Below are positions 12,301 to 25,760 of a stretch of 64,000 nucleotides of DNA, in pieces. The position numbers and the translations under genes were made by a program. The stretch comes from Haplodiscus bocki (lineage: Eukaryota): the NCBI GenBank assembly GCA_965655095.1, contig OZ296657.1, positions 45,384,001 to 45,448,000 on the forward strand, written 5' to 3'. Every line of letters begins with the position of its first letter. Within the stretch, counting starts at the first letter, position 1. The notes beneath the pieces are model-generated. The model made no database searches. It was not told the origin of the DNA and was given only the letters and a program-made list of their open reading frames with translations.

Positions 12301-15300
12301 AAACCTGATTGATATGATAAAGAATGTTGCAAAACTAGGAGCTATGAGAGACAGCGTTTGAGAGTAAAGTGACAAAATGTTCTAGCACCTATTTCGGTTG
12401 ATTTTACTGATTTTTGCCAAAATGAGTAGGCAAAAACAGCTAACTTGACTGTCTTCTTGAATGCAAACAATTTCATTTTCTGTTGATTGTCCACCTCAGT
12501 TTTGGCATTCGCTATTTTTTCCAGATCCCCAGACAAAATTATCCATTGCACTTTGCCATAGCAAGCCAACTTTCTCACAATAGCCATAAACGATTCAACA
12601 AAGAAATGAGAATCACTGATACCCAGGAAAATTGACTGGTCGACCAGGTTTGACAAATTGGAGACTGAGATGGGAAAATGTTTTCTAATCGAATACGTTG
12701 TATTGGGGTCAATTAAGCTCTTTTCTCTACGTGAAACCATTCAACGTCAAGTATAGCTGAGTTTTCGAAAAGTATCTGCTGGTTCATGTTTTCATTTCTA
12801 AAAGAATCCAGCTTTTCAACAAGATTTGCCGTCTTTGATGAACGGATTTGATTAAACGTGTTCGAGCCGTTCACTGCATCAGGTTTAATATTGTTCCTCA
12901 TTGGCTGTTCTGTTGAACGAGGTGGCACATGACGGTCAACTAAATGCTGTGGAGACAGCAGTATTACTCATCTCATGACAAACTTCTTTCTATCTCAGTA
13001 GCCATACACAATGTTTTTATTTCCCAACACTTCAACTAACAGTTCAACTATAACGTTTTCCATCCACAATGTTTTTTCCGTAAATGCAAATTTTGCAGCG
13101 CTGCAGATCCTAAACAACTGGAAAAAATGTTCACCTAAGCATCTTGAGACTATTTAAGTTTGCATTCATAAAAATGGTGTCGAAGAAACGGAAAAATTTG
13201 GAAGTTTCCTCCAATTTTTGGTTACAATGCAAATCGAGAACGAACGCTCTAAGGAAACAAAATTTAGTTTTCAAAAGTTGTCTTGTTTTTCTGAAAAAAG
13301 TGAGACAATTAACTGTTCAATTCTTGAAAATGTTTCCTGCAAAATTGCATCTGTGCAACCCATAGGCCCCTTCATGAGTAAATCAACAAACACAACTAGG
13401 TTAATTCGTTTGTGGAACCTCCACTTTGTGTTTTTTCTTCAACAGACATTTCTCTTACTTCTGTTTTGATCAGAACTTCTTCATACCATCATCAGTACGC
13501 ACATGTTTTGATTGATTTAGTTAAGAAATATTTTCGTGTGCGTAGAAAATAATAAAACGCTAGCTTCTTTCTTTTTCAGAATGAATACAACTGCAATATT
13601 CACGTTGGCTGCACCATTCCTTATTCTGAAGACGTGATTGAGCATTTTGTCCACAATTTTCGTACTATGTGTTTCAGTTCTATATTTCGAATTTTTGACT
13701 TTCTCATTTTGAGTCCCACAGACAATATTAAAATGCTGACAAGGATTACATTTTTTCTCGAAAGTTTTTGCTGTAAGGGTCTTCTATTTTTGGAGACTGA
13801 AGAGTTACTTCCTGATCCGCTTTGTTTTCAAGTTTTGTTGTTCAATTTCGACTGGACGCAGTCAATTGAATTTTGAAGAGCTGCGACTGAATATTCGACG
13901 TGTTAAGGTATCAGTGGGTCTCAATGAACAATTTTTCTTCGCGACATGATAATTCAATTAAAACAGGGAGGTTGTTGAGGACTGAGGTTTTTTGTACAAT
14001 AAAGTGCTCCAGGTGAGCATGTGCCTTTCAAATTTGTTTCTTGTAGGACGTGCTCCAAAATTTACACAAGTAATGCTTTTGTTGCGGTTCGTAAATGAAA
14101 TCTCACTATTGCAAAATTGCAAAATCAACAAATTTTTCGATATAATTGAGACTAGTTGTAGAGTAACCAAGTGAAGGCTCCCAATGCAAGTTTAATATTA
14201 ACGGTTAATCAGTTACAGAGGACTGATAGTTTTCATTTCTTTCTTATATAATTACCCTGAGAAGTCGAAAAAATGAACTTCACCAGTTAAAAAACACTTT
14301 GTATTGAAAGAACAGGAAGAAGAACCTTTTTTGCCTGAAAACAAAGAAATCGATTAACATCAACCAAATCTCTTATCTCTGATACCAACTACCAAAAGCG
14401 ATAACCTTTCAACAATGTCACACAAAGATGGACTGTATCGATGTCAATCTGTCTAAGAAAAATAAGCAAGTGAAACATTTCCTTAATTTGTCGACTGTCT
14501 GTGAGTGAACCAATCAAGTGGAACGATTTATAGTTCAAGTGACGACAGCTCCTCCGAAAGAAACAAGTAGAGTGAACCTTTATCCTCTCAAAGGTAGTGT
14601 TTCGCCTAGAAAAGATATGAGATCTTTGACGAAGAACCGATGAGTATACAGTGTGAAGTGTTGTCATTTTCAATCAACTGTATTGTAAAGGAGCAAATAG
14701 TTGGTAACAATCAGCTGTTGAAGCCAAGACACCATCTACAAATTGAGTTTGTTTCCTTCTTCATACCTCGAGACACGTTTTCATTGTGTATAAATTGAAA
14801 CTTTTCCTTATTTCACTAATTGACAAATGGTTGGACTGACATGTTTACATGGGAAGAGGTTCGATTTTGGATCAACAACACAAAAAATTCTGCGTATATG
14901 CAAGATCTCTCCCTCTACATCAATTGTCCAACCTTACAAAAAAAACATTTTTAAAAGATTTTCTGTCAATGGTAGAAAAACTTTTGAATCTCTGTAATTT
15001 GATTTTCGGGATCACTGATTTCGGAAGGAGTCTAGCCTTCAAATGGCAACCAAAACGCTTCAAGTAGTTCCAGTTTTGACTCGAAGTTTGCAGAACGGAG
15101 TTTGATTTTATCTACACACGATTACAAGAGATTTCTTTTACCTAAAAGTCACCGTGTTGAATGCCACGATTTATAAAACCCGAACCGGTTCATTACCCAT
15201 ATTGTGAAGATGAATATGTAAATTGTTCTGATAGCAAAAACCAATTTTCAAGACTTAATGGGAGAACTAGTCACACACTGTTTCACCTACCTTTGGGTTA

Positions 15301-16020
15301 ACTACTTCCGTACACTATTCAAAAATCAATTGAGCGGTTATATCATTACAAGGAATGGTGATGCGTTTGACGATGTGCAGACAACTGTTGAGTTCAATCT
15401 ACAAAAGAAAGGAATGAAAAGAATGACGAGGAGTGCCAAGAAGTTACTTTAGGGAAAAGCCTTCAGCAAACACCTACTGCACTCTTTCCAGTGGTCAGCA
15501 TCAACACAAACAAACAAATCGGTCTTTGCAGCGGGATGCTATCAAGCCAAATGGATTAATTCTGATTAGCAATCGATGAATTTGCAACACTGTTTTTTTT
15601 TAATCTATATGGATTTTTGATTAAAAGTTATTGCCTTCGGGAAAAAGACTTTCTACGTTGAGTTTGTTCTCCCTTCCTCACATTTGATTTTTTCTTTCCG
15701 TTCAGAGGACTTTGCAGGTCAGCCACTCTTGGGTACAAATTCTGAGAGTCTTACAAAAACTACTGTGTAAATACGAAGTAATGTTCACAATTGCCCAAAA
15801 TCAAAGACTAATGTTTTGATGCACAGATAAGCCGATAAAAAGAAAGCTGATCTGGCAGAACATGATAATTTGAATACACAACCTTAATCAATATCTGATT
15901 TTTTTTACAGAAAAATCGTGCACAGTCTGACACGTTACAAAATCTTCGATTAAAAATATGTTGCGTTGTGAAAAGATTGATCCAAAATCAGACACGATGC
16001 ACAACTTTCGGCTCAAGATC
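9400..16020 (-). repeat. Left arm of a large inverted duplication (Polinton-derived)
   Basis: Reverse complement aligns with about 17240-23300. ORFs 12342-12740(-) and 20022-20219(+) share HFPISVSNLSNLVDQSIFLGISDSHFFVESFMAIVRKLAC. ORFs 13634(+) and 18848(-) are near-identical. Confidence 0.9.
9560..14150 (-). pseudogene. Protein-primed family B DNA polymerase (Polinton/Maverick/adintovirus-like) remnant, copy 1
   Basis: Minus-strand remnants in PolB order: TSETKRRFPYECFD (about 12130), TIVSIDACQLHP (motif A, about 11610), QLLAKRSFGYQLMDR (motif B, about 10680), ELDPDSLY (motif C, about 10395). Heavily frameshifted. Confidence 0.75.
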
Positions 16021-17649
16021 ACCCTTTTATACCTAAAAGAGTACGTTGCAACCTCCAAAACTGTTGAGACGCTGCATCTTATCTTAAGGTATGGAGGGCC
16101 CAATAAATCTATTAAAGAGTTCTCAGGTGTCTGTATGGGGAGTACTAATCGACTTCGTTTGGTGAACGATGTTTTTTATGTTCAACTTTGATTGTCTGCG
16201 AGAACACTATACTGACGGTATTTTATGAAGACTTTCAACGGTTTTTTCTAAACTTATTAAGATAGCTGATGGCTTCGGCTGAAGGACAAACTTACTCAGG
16301 AACCTCAAGTTCGGTTTACTACGACAATGTTTAAAGATAAGAGATGGGTTGGAAAGTGTCTTAAGATAAAGATTCAATGTTTTGAAATAAGCGAGTGTGA
16401 TGAGTAATACCGTCGCGTGCTCTTCAGTGTATTAGTTCAACTCTAGTTTGCCATCTAAAAGCGGATTGTTGGGGATCAACAAAAAACAATTGGTACAAGG
16501 CCTAGGAACATGTATCAGAGAGTCGAAGTCCACACACCATATAAATAGGTGAAACAAGCATATTCTCAACTGCTACTACTCTAAATAGAAATGCAAACGT
16601 GAAAAAGGCAAACTCAAATATAGTGCGGTTAAAACAAAATTGAAACCAGGATGTAAATCCAACAGGCAACGTTATGACTGTTTATCATGAAGACAATCGA
16701 TGAAAAAAAACATGTGCAGCCAAGAGTTGCTGGCAACTTAGCGTGTGAGTTCCGAAAAGTCAGATTTTGAATAAAAGTCTTACGATTTGTCTGGTTGCAA
16801 TATCAGTTTTTCACCACCTTTCAGATCTGAAATCAACTTTAATACAAGGTGTCAGATTTTGAAAACGAAAACATTTTAGAAAATCAGATTTTGAAGAAAA
16901 GTTTGCACTGAAAATCACTTTTTGACCTTTTTTTTGCGCTAGAAGTTCAACTTTTGCTTTTTTTCATCTCCGGATAGCACTATTTCAGATAAAATTTCCA
17001 AAAGTGATTTTCATTGACGTTTCTAGGATGTCTTGGATTTTAAAACGATGCTTCCACAACGTGCCATATTTTGAATGCAAATTGTCTCTAAAGATCTCAT
17101 TTGGAATGTCTTGTGCGTTCAGGAAATCATGCCTTGAGCCATTTTACTGACTGAAAAGGTCAATTTTTGAACTTTCAGTGTCTTAGGGAAAAACAAGATT
17201 CTGCAAATGTTTCAAATTTTAGAAACTCGATTTTTAGTAAAAACTACTGCGCCGATTTTGATTTTGAATCAAATTTTTCAGAACTTATCAGATTCGGAAC
17301 AACACTTCTGAAACGTTTCAGACTGTGCACATTTTTTCTGTGAAAAAATAAGACTATGATAGAGAATGTTCTACCACATTTATCACGTTCTACCAGATAT
17401 GCTTTGATTTTTTTTCAACTTATCTGTGCACCGAATCATTAGTCTTTAATTTTGGGCAAATGTCTACATTACTTCATCTATATACTGTAGTTTTCGTAAA
17501 ACTCTCAGAAATTGGACACATGAGTGGTTGACCTGCAAAGTCCTCTGAAGGGAAAGAAAGAAATAAATGTGAGGAAGTGAGAAAAAACTCAACGTAGAAA
17601 GACCTTTTCCCGAAGGTGAAAGAAATTTCTTGTAATCGTGTGTAGATAA

Positions 17650-18420
17650 AATCAAAATCCGTTCTGCAAGCTTCGAGTCAAAACGGGAACTAGTTGAAGC
17701 TTTTTGGCTGCCATTTGAAAGCTAGACTCCTTCCGAAATCAGTGATCCCGAAAATCAAATTACAGAGATTCAAAAGTTTTTCTACCATTGACAGAAAATC
17801 TTTTAAGAATGTATTTTTTTTGTAAAGTTGGGTAATTGATGTATAGGGAGATGTCTTGCATATACGCAGAACGTGTTGTGTTGCTGATCCAAAATCGAAT
17901 CTCTTCCCATGTAAACATGTCAGTCCAAGCTTTAATCAATTAATTAACTATGGAAAAGTTTCAATATTATACACAATGAAAACGTGTCTCGAGGTACCAA
18001 AAAGGAAACAAACTCCATTTGTAGATAGTGTCATGGCTTCAACAGTTGGTTGTTACCAACTATTTGCTCCTTTACAATACAGTTGATTGAAAATTACAAC
18101 ACTTCACACTGTATAGTCATCGGTTCTTCGTCAAAGATCTCATATCTTTTCTAGGCGAAACACTCTAACTTTGAGAGGATAAAGGTTCACTCTAATTGTT
18201 TCTTTCAGACCAGCTGTCAACACTTGGACTATCAATCGTTCCACAAGAATGGTTCACTCACAGACAGTCGACAAATTAAGGAAATGTTGCGTCTCTTGAT
18301 TACCTTTTTCAAACGGATTGACATCGATACAGTCCATCTTTGTGTGACATTGTTGAACGGTTATCGTTTTTTGTAGTTGGTATCAAGGATAAGAGATTTG
18401 GTTGATGTTAATCGTTTTCT
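17650..18420 (+). pseudogene. Possible Polinton packaging ATPase remnant (mirror copy about 14350-15110, minus)
   Basis: Position upstream of pPolB and weak fragments (PFVDSV, FFVKDL Walker-B-like). No clean Walker A seen. Confidence 0.25.
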
Positions 18421-18649
18421 TTGTTTTTAGGCAAAAAAAATCTTCTTCGTGTGCTTTCGATACAGTTTTTTTAATGGGTTTTTTCAATTTTTTCGGCTTT
18501 TCAGTGTAGTTACACATAAAATAAATGCGCCCTAACAGTCTTCTGTAACTAACTAACAGTAAACACTATACTTCCATTGGGACATTTCACTTGGTCACTC
18601 TACAACCAGTCTCAATTATCTCGAAAAAACTTGTTGATTTTGCAATAGT

Positions 18650-21600
18650 GAGATTCCATCATTAACTGCAACAAAAACATTACTTGTGTAAATTTTGGAG
18701 CACGTCCTACAAGAAACAAATTTGAAAAACACATGCTCGCTTGGAGCACTTTATTGTACAAAAAAACCTAAGTCCTCAACAACCTCCCTGACTGACTTGA
18801 ATTATCATGTCGCCGAGAAAAATTGTGCATTGAGAACCACTGATACCTTAACCGGTCAAATATTCACTCGGAACTCTTCCAATTTCAACTGACTGCGTCC
18901 AGCCGAAATCGAACAATAAAACTTGACAACAAAGCTGATCAGGATGTAATTCTTCAGACTCCAAAAATAGAAGACCCTTACAGCAAAAACTTTCGAGACA
19001 AAATGTAATCCTTGTGAGCATTTTGATATTGTTTGTGGAACTCAAAAGGAGAAAGTCAAAAAATCGAAATATAGAACCGAAACACATAGTACGAAAATTG
19101 TGGACAAAAAGCTCAATCACGTCTTTAGAAAAATGAATGGTGCAGCCAACGTGAATTTTGCAGTTGCACTCAATCTGGAAAAGAAAGAGGCTAGCATCTT
19201 AATGGTTTCTTCGCACACGAAAAAAGATCTTAACTAGATCAATCAAAACATATGTATAACGATGGTGATATGAAGAAGCTCTGGTCAAAACAGAATTAAT
19301 TGATTTGTCTGCTAAAAAGAAAAACACAAAGTGGAGGTTCCACAGGCGAAATATCCTAACTGTGTTTGCTGATTTACCCAAAGAGGGGCCTATGGGTTGC
19401 ACAGATTCAATTTTGCCGGAAACATATTCGAGATTCGCACGGTGAATTGTCTCACTTTTTGAACAAAAACGAGACAGCTTTATATAATTAAATTATGGTT
19501 CATTGGAGCGTTCGTTTTTGATTTGCATTGTAACAATAAATTGGAAGAAACCTCCAAATTGTTCCGTTTCTTCGACGCCAAAGTCAAAGATTGCAAACTT
19601 AAAAAGTCTCAACATGCTTATGTGAACATTTTTTCTAGTTGTTTAGGATCTGCTGCGCTGGAAGAATTGCTTTTACGGAAAAAACATTGTGGATGGAAAA
19701 CATTATAGTTGAACTGTTAGTGGAAATGTTTGAAACTATAAAATTTGTGTATGGCTACTGAGATGGAAACAAGTTTGTCATGAGATGAGTAAAACTGCTG
19801 TCTCCACAGCATTTAGTTGACCGTCATGTGCTACCTCGTTAAACAGAACAGCCAATGAGGAACAATATTAATCCTGATCCTGATGCAGTGAACGGCTCGA
19901 ACACGTTTAATCAAGTCCGTTCATCAAAGACGGCCAACCTAGTTGACAAGCTGGATTCTTTTGGAAATGAAAACATGAACCAGCAGATACTATTCGAAAA
20001 CTCAGCTATACTTGACGTTGAATGCTTTCACGTGAAGGAAAGAGCCTAATTGACCCCAATACAACGTATTGGATTAGAAAACATTTTCCCATCTCAGTCT
20101 CCAATCTGTCAAACCTGGTCGACCAGTCAATTTTCCTGGGTATCAGTGATTCTCATTTCTTTGTTGAATCGTTTATGGCTATTGTGAGAAAGTTGGCTTG
20201 CCATGGCAAAGTGCAATAGATACTTTTGTCTGGCGGTCTGGAAAAACATAGCGAATAACAAAACTGATGTGGACAATCAACAGAAAATGAAATTGTTTGC
20301 CTTCAAGAAGACAGTCAAGTTAGCTGTTTTTGCCTACTCATTTTAGCAAAAAATCAGTAAAATCAACCGAAATAGGAGCTCGAACATTTTGTCTCTTCAT
20401 TCTGAAGTGCTGTCTCTGATAGTTTCTGATAGCTTCTAGTATTGCAAAATTTTTTCTTATATTAATCAGGTTTTAGTTGTTGTTGGTCTTCATCAACAAA
20501 AGAGATTATGAAACAATGGTTAATGAAAAAGCTAAGCCAAACACCCCGTTCAAGTTTAGTATTGATGACTTCTCGAAATTAGGTTTGTTTGCTGGTGGAT
20601 CACCGTGTCTATATTACTTCTCGAAGAAGTGTAAAACTTCAGAAACAAAATGATGCTTCCCCTACAATTGCCTCGATCCACCGAACGCAGCTTAACACAA
20701 GAACTTCCCTTTTCCGACAAGTTTTAGAGTAAACACTGGATTTTTTTCCTTGAAATAGAATACATGAAAATATTCATTTCCATGAGATTTGAAATGACAA
20801 CCAGCCACGCGTTTCTCAAAATTCAGTTATCAATGCCACCAGCTGCAGGAGTTGAGATCTATCAAGACCTGCAATGTAAATGTAAGCAGGAAGAGATCAC
20901 ATTTTCAAGTACGTTGTTCGTTGGTATAGCAAAAAACCGTTGCTCACGCTCTTGGGACATTACAAAAGGGAATGTTTGCTAACACAAAGAAAACGCTCAC
21001 AGGCTACAGCTTGGTTTTATGTTCCCAGAAGAGTTTATTTTTTTGTGTATGTAAACCTACCCACCCAAACTTCTATCCTTTAACAGAAGTGGAAGAAACT
21101 TGTTGCAAAAGATCAATGAGAACATGGTGAATCGACTGTTTATTATGTTCGCACCTGAAACTATCGCTGAAAAGGCTTTCACCCAGGAATCAACTAGTTT
21201 TGCATATCAATTGTTAGCATTGATGCTAGTCAAATTTATCCGTACTCAAAATGTCAACCTAAGCCAACAGGTCCAAGCACGCGTGGGGTTCTTTCAAGTG
21301 GACATCAGCGGACTCATCCCACGCTAGAACGGAACTGGCACCTTTGAGAAAATTGTAATTGTTCATGTAGAACTTTCAGCACAAGAGACAAGATTATTAT
21401 GAAGAAAGTTTCTGTTCACCAACTCGAGAGAAGGAAAAGACTGATTCAATGTTGTTGGGACCTATTGTCATTGCAGTTGTGTACTCTATTTTATAAAAAT
21501 GATTTCATCAGATTTTCACTTACCAGGACCTATGTTCTATCCCTATCTATCTCTCTTTCTTTCTCTGCACAAGATGTCCAGTGTGTTAAAGAGAAAGAGG

Positions 21601-23120
21601 GAAAACTCGGTGAGGTATGACGGATCTGAAAAAAGGAAAAAGCTTCAAAAGTGTTGAGCTGGGGTAATGTAAAAAGTGCAAGCTGTACAAAAAAACACTA
21701 GTCTTGGGAAAAAATCCAGTAGGTTTCTCCAAACTAATGTTAACTAGCGAGATATCACTACTTGGAAAAAATAAAAGGAAGGAATATGTTCCTTCATGTT
21801 CGGGGCGATATAATGGTTCCGACTACTTGAAAACAAATTTTACAAAAAACTTCCATTTTGTCAAAAATTTTCAATCAATCGCAACGATGTCTTAACAACA
21901 ATAATGTGATCACCTGAAGAAAAGTGATTTGTGTCTCAACCCCAGAAAACGGTTTCTGCAATCTTCGGTGTACAAAATGTAACCATCATCATCGTGTTTT
22001 TTGCGTCATTTTCGGGGTTAAGTCTCCTTTTCCCAAACATTAGCTAAGTTGTTATGATCACTCCGAAGAATTTCTTCAACAACTTTTGACAATCAACTAT
22101 TGAATCAGGAGTAAAAAGTGGCGAGAATAAATACTCCAGTGTAGTTTTTGACACATTGAAGAACCTAGCGAATAGTTCCCATAGTTATCAACAAAGGCGT
22201 GGCAGGAAAAACACAGAAAACAGTTTCCAAGTGCTTGAACGATTAGAAAGAGCAATGTGTCCCAGACAGCAATTTTCTTGACAGAGTGGATCACGTGAAC
22301 AAATAGTCTTGCGAGCTAAAACTTACTAAAGCATAGATTGACCACACGGATTCCGTTTCTGTTGTCTAATTTATTCTTTTATATGCAACAGTGCTGATGT
22401 TTGAGCTCTGCTATAGTTTGTTTGATATTGTGAGACAACAATTCCGAGGAGTTTGAATTGTATACAAAATGTATCTGTCTTGCACTTGCCATAGCTTGGC
22501 AAAAAAATGTTTTCGTTTCCAATTGAAATCGAAATGAATGAAACGTGTTACGACAGTTTTGCACTGGATGCATCAAGAACTCTTTCCCCCTTCATCGAAC
22601 CTACTGGGCAAACCACAGAAAAAAGATATGACAAGAGCGACCTGGATTTCTCCATAGAAGATTTCAGATGTTCAAAAAAGGCTGTGTTTTTTGCTGAAAC
22701 CTACTGCTACCAGCAAATCTGATTTAAACAGCAAACATCTGGGTAGGCATGGAATAGAAATTTACATTGATTGATAATTGGAAAGTGATCGCATAATTCT
22801 CGATGATGCAGTGAGATTTTTATTCTGAAAGGGTGGTTTTTGAATGGAGCGTCAAACCATTGCTGCACATGAGCGAATTGATCGAAAAACACCATTTTTG
22901 TCTTTGGAAGAAATGTTTGGAGAAAAGGGAACTCGCACACAAAAAATGATATTGTTATCAAAAGTATCAAACAAGAAAAGTTATGGTTTGCTTGTTGCTT
23001 TCGTTTTCCCTCAATAGTTTTTTTGGAACCTCTTTCGCTTTTCCTCTTAACACAACTCAGATGTTACAAGCAAAGTTTTTTTCAATTATCTGAGAGTTAT
23101 TTGGTTTGAATAGATCTTTT
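18650..23120 (+). pseudogene. Protein-primed family B DNA polymerase (Polinton-like) remnant, copy 2
   Basis: KCKTSETK*CFPYNCLD (about 20630), PPAAGVEIYQDLQ, LLQKINENMVNRLFIMF then SIDASQIYPYSK (motif A, about 21220). Collinear with copy 1. Confidence 0.75.
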
Positions 23121-23429
23121 CGGGTGTGCATGTTGAATAACGTATTTGATGATTTCTAGAATTTTCGACTAAACTTCCATAATTTTCTATCCATTTTTTA
23201 CAAAACTAGTCAGCATTAGCAGCTTCCACTTATTCATTCAATTACAAAAAGAATAAACAACAAACTGCAGACGTAAGAGACTGTCAACAGGCGTAATAAA
23301 TTACCTGCGTGCGTGGTGGCCAGGGTAATGCATGCCCGAACACATTTTGGAGAATGTCTTTTAATCTATGAGAACGTAGTCTCGCAGTGTCCGAGAGGGT
23401 TTTAAAAACACCAAATCGTTCACCCTATG

Positions 23430-24580
23430 CATTGCAAAGCACAGCAAATTGAGCTAAAACCTTGCCGAATATTGTTCTGAACTTACTCCCTTGCCTAAAA
23501 TTGTTCCCTATCTTAAAACATTCCCGAAGATTTTATCGTACTTTTATACTTTGACTAGCACATTCGCTTGTGGTATCGCCTTTTTTATTGCGTGGACAAC
23601 CGAGTACACTCAACTGACATGTCAATCATCGTTAAACAAGTGTTGGTTCAGTGTATGCCGAGCGTCTAAAAAAATCATTGCCCATGAACACCCTATAATA
23701 TTAAACTGCGTTTCTGATACAAATTGACGAAGTTTGGGAAATTTGGAAAGGCGTCTCGCCCTTTGTTTCACGTCAGGAAAAACATGGTTTTCGAAACGCA
23801 CCATCCCATCAAAATGTTTTCCGGGATTTTAGGTGGATTCAAGTGTCGAAGTATTTCGTCCACGGATATTGAAGAGCAAATTTTTTTGCAGTTTTGAAGT
23901 TAACAACTGGCAATTTCTGAAAAATGAGCAACTGTCCGTTTATGTTCATTCAGGGAGATAGTCGCTCTATCTCATGATTTGCTAATCTGAAACGCTTCCC
24001 ATTTTGTTTTCGGAGAAAAAACTTTGTATCATCAGCTACCGGAGAGGTTTCAAAAACACGAAACAGACTGGGAAGATCATTAATTAAAGCGACGAACAGC
24101 AGAGGTCCCGAAATGAAACCTCGTGGATCACCAGAAAAAACTTTTGAGATTGGAGTTAGTGACATCGACATTTACACACTGATGTTGACTTTCAACCAAA
24201 AATTTCGAAACATGTCGGTCCAAATCCTCTGACACTATAGATTTCCAATATCATAAGCAAGAGTGGGTGATTTGATGTGTCAAAACGTGTATAACCTCAG
24301 GCCTCCTTCAAAACATATAAAACTGAAATAACAAAACATTGGTTCACAGTTTGACTTGAATATTGAAATTTCTGTCTGATTGCAGCCAATTAGGTTATGA
24401 TTGATCGCGTTGGCCTAAACTTTAATGATTTTATGGTCAGCAATTTGTCTTTATCATGAAAACCTAAAGAGTTATATGGAAAAAAACAGTCTTTCGAAAC
24501 ATATATTCAAACCCTGAAGATCTGAGTGGAGTCACAATTTTGCTGAGCACGTTCAGGTTCCGGAGTGGAAAAGATATCTT
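23430..24580 (-). pseudogene. Non-LTR retrotransposon (LINE) reverse transcriptase fragment
   Basis: ORF 23950-24171 reads SGDPRGFISGPLLFVALINDLP...VADDTKF, a degenerate GVPQGSxLGPLLF / FADD. Confidence 0.8.
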
Positions 24581-24649
24581 ACACGAGCCAACTTAAAGGA
24601 AAAAAGAAATGTGCCAGTAGCTACTGAAGTTACCTTGATTAAAGAAGTA

Positions 24650-25760
24650 ATGCAAACAATAAACACGGGAAAGCAAACTCATTTATTTAAGTGCAGTTAT
24701 TGTCAATTTGTGTTCCTTTTTTTCAAAAACTTCATCAATTACTTAACTGACGTCTTGTGCGGTGCTCTTTTTTAAAAACAGAGAAGTAGATTTCGTGACG
24801 AGACTAGATACTATACCAAGAAACTACATCAATGTTAGCTGCGATTTTCTTTCAATGCTTACAATCATTTCCTTCAAGTGTTTGGTCTCTTCTATCGGTG
24901 ACAGCATGAGTGTCAACATCCTGTATTCAAAGCGTGGATCAGTGTTGAACATGTTTATCGGTAGCATCAGTTAGGTTTTTAAATAATTGATTCGGATACT
25001 TCATACTGTTTTGCATTTTTCTATTTCAAAGTTGCACTTTTCTTCATATTATCAATTGAAAATTAAACACGAAGTTTTCCTTAAGCAGCTTTGTTTTTAC
25101 TCCTAGGGTTTCCTACAACTTTATCTTTTTTTAAAATAGGTTATTCAGTACTTCGTCGAACTTAAGTTTCTTTTTAATCTGCATCCTCAATTTCTCATAT
25201 TACCCTTCTGTTGATTCGATGCATTTGGTCACAGAGAACACAGCATTGTTCCGGTTGAGTGCTAACATAAACGCTTCATCTGTTTCAACTCGGAGACATG
25301 CCAGAAATGAAGAACAACCTGTTGCGGTTTTTGAATACAGTACTTCCAAAATTCTTCAATTTTCAATAATTTTCTTTTCAAGGAATGGAAACACCACACA
25401 TATACAAAAATGATCATTTATAATCAGTCTGATGGCGTCACTTTCAATTTTGGGAGACAAAATGACGGGGTACTTCATGATGAGTTGTATTTATTGAATT
25501 GTTTTGTGAAACTCATGGTACCGAATAAATTTCGGAAAAAAATTGTGTTTTATGATTTTCTTGTCGAAGGCTGTATCTACAAATCAAGGTTCACAACTTT
25601 TTATATGACACGGGACTCTCCAATAATGTTCAGCTCTAGCAAAAATGTTTTCACCTTTCCCAGCAACTTTAGTTTTGTATAAGAAGATCTGATATAGATA
25701 CAAAAATGTTTAAGCGTTTTTTGTAGTTTCGTATTGAAATGCCCCACAATCAAAAACCAT
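24650..25760 (-). pseudogene. Possible Polinton-type retroviral-like integrase remnant
   Basis: Ordered weak fragments on minus: KHF..RSSYTKL, VETDEAF, SKNKAA, LIHALNTG, RPNT. Very decayed. Confidence 0.35.

Larger units (their letters stand above)
17240..23300 (+). repeat. Right arm of a large inverted duplication (Polinton-derived)
   Basis: Inverted homologue of 9400-16020. Spacer about 16020-17240. Confidence 0.9.

Noticed and set aside
9400-23300. The two arms as TIRs of a single Polinton
   Set aside because: The arms consist of coding pPolB relics several kb long with only a ~1.2 kb spacer, unlike Polinton TIRs that flank a gene-rich interior.
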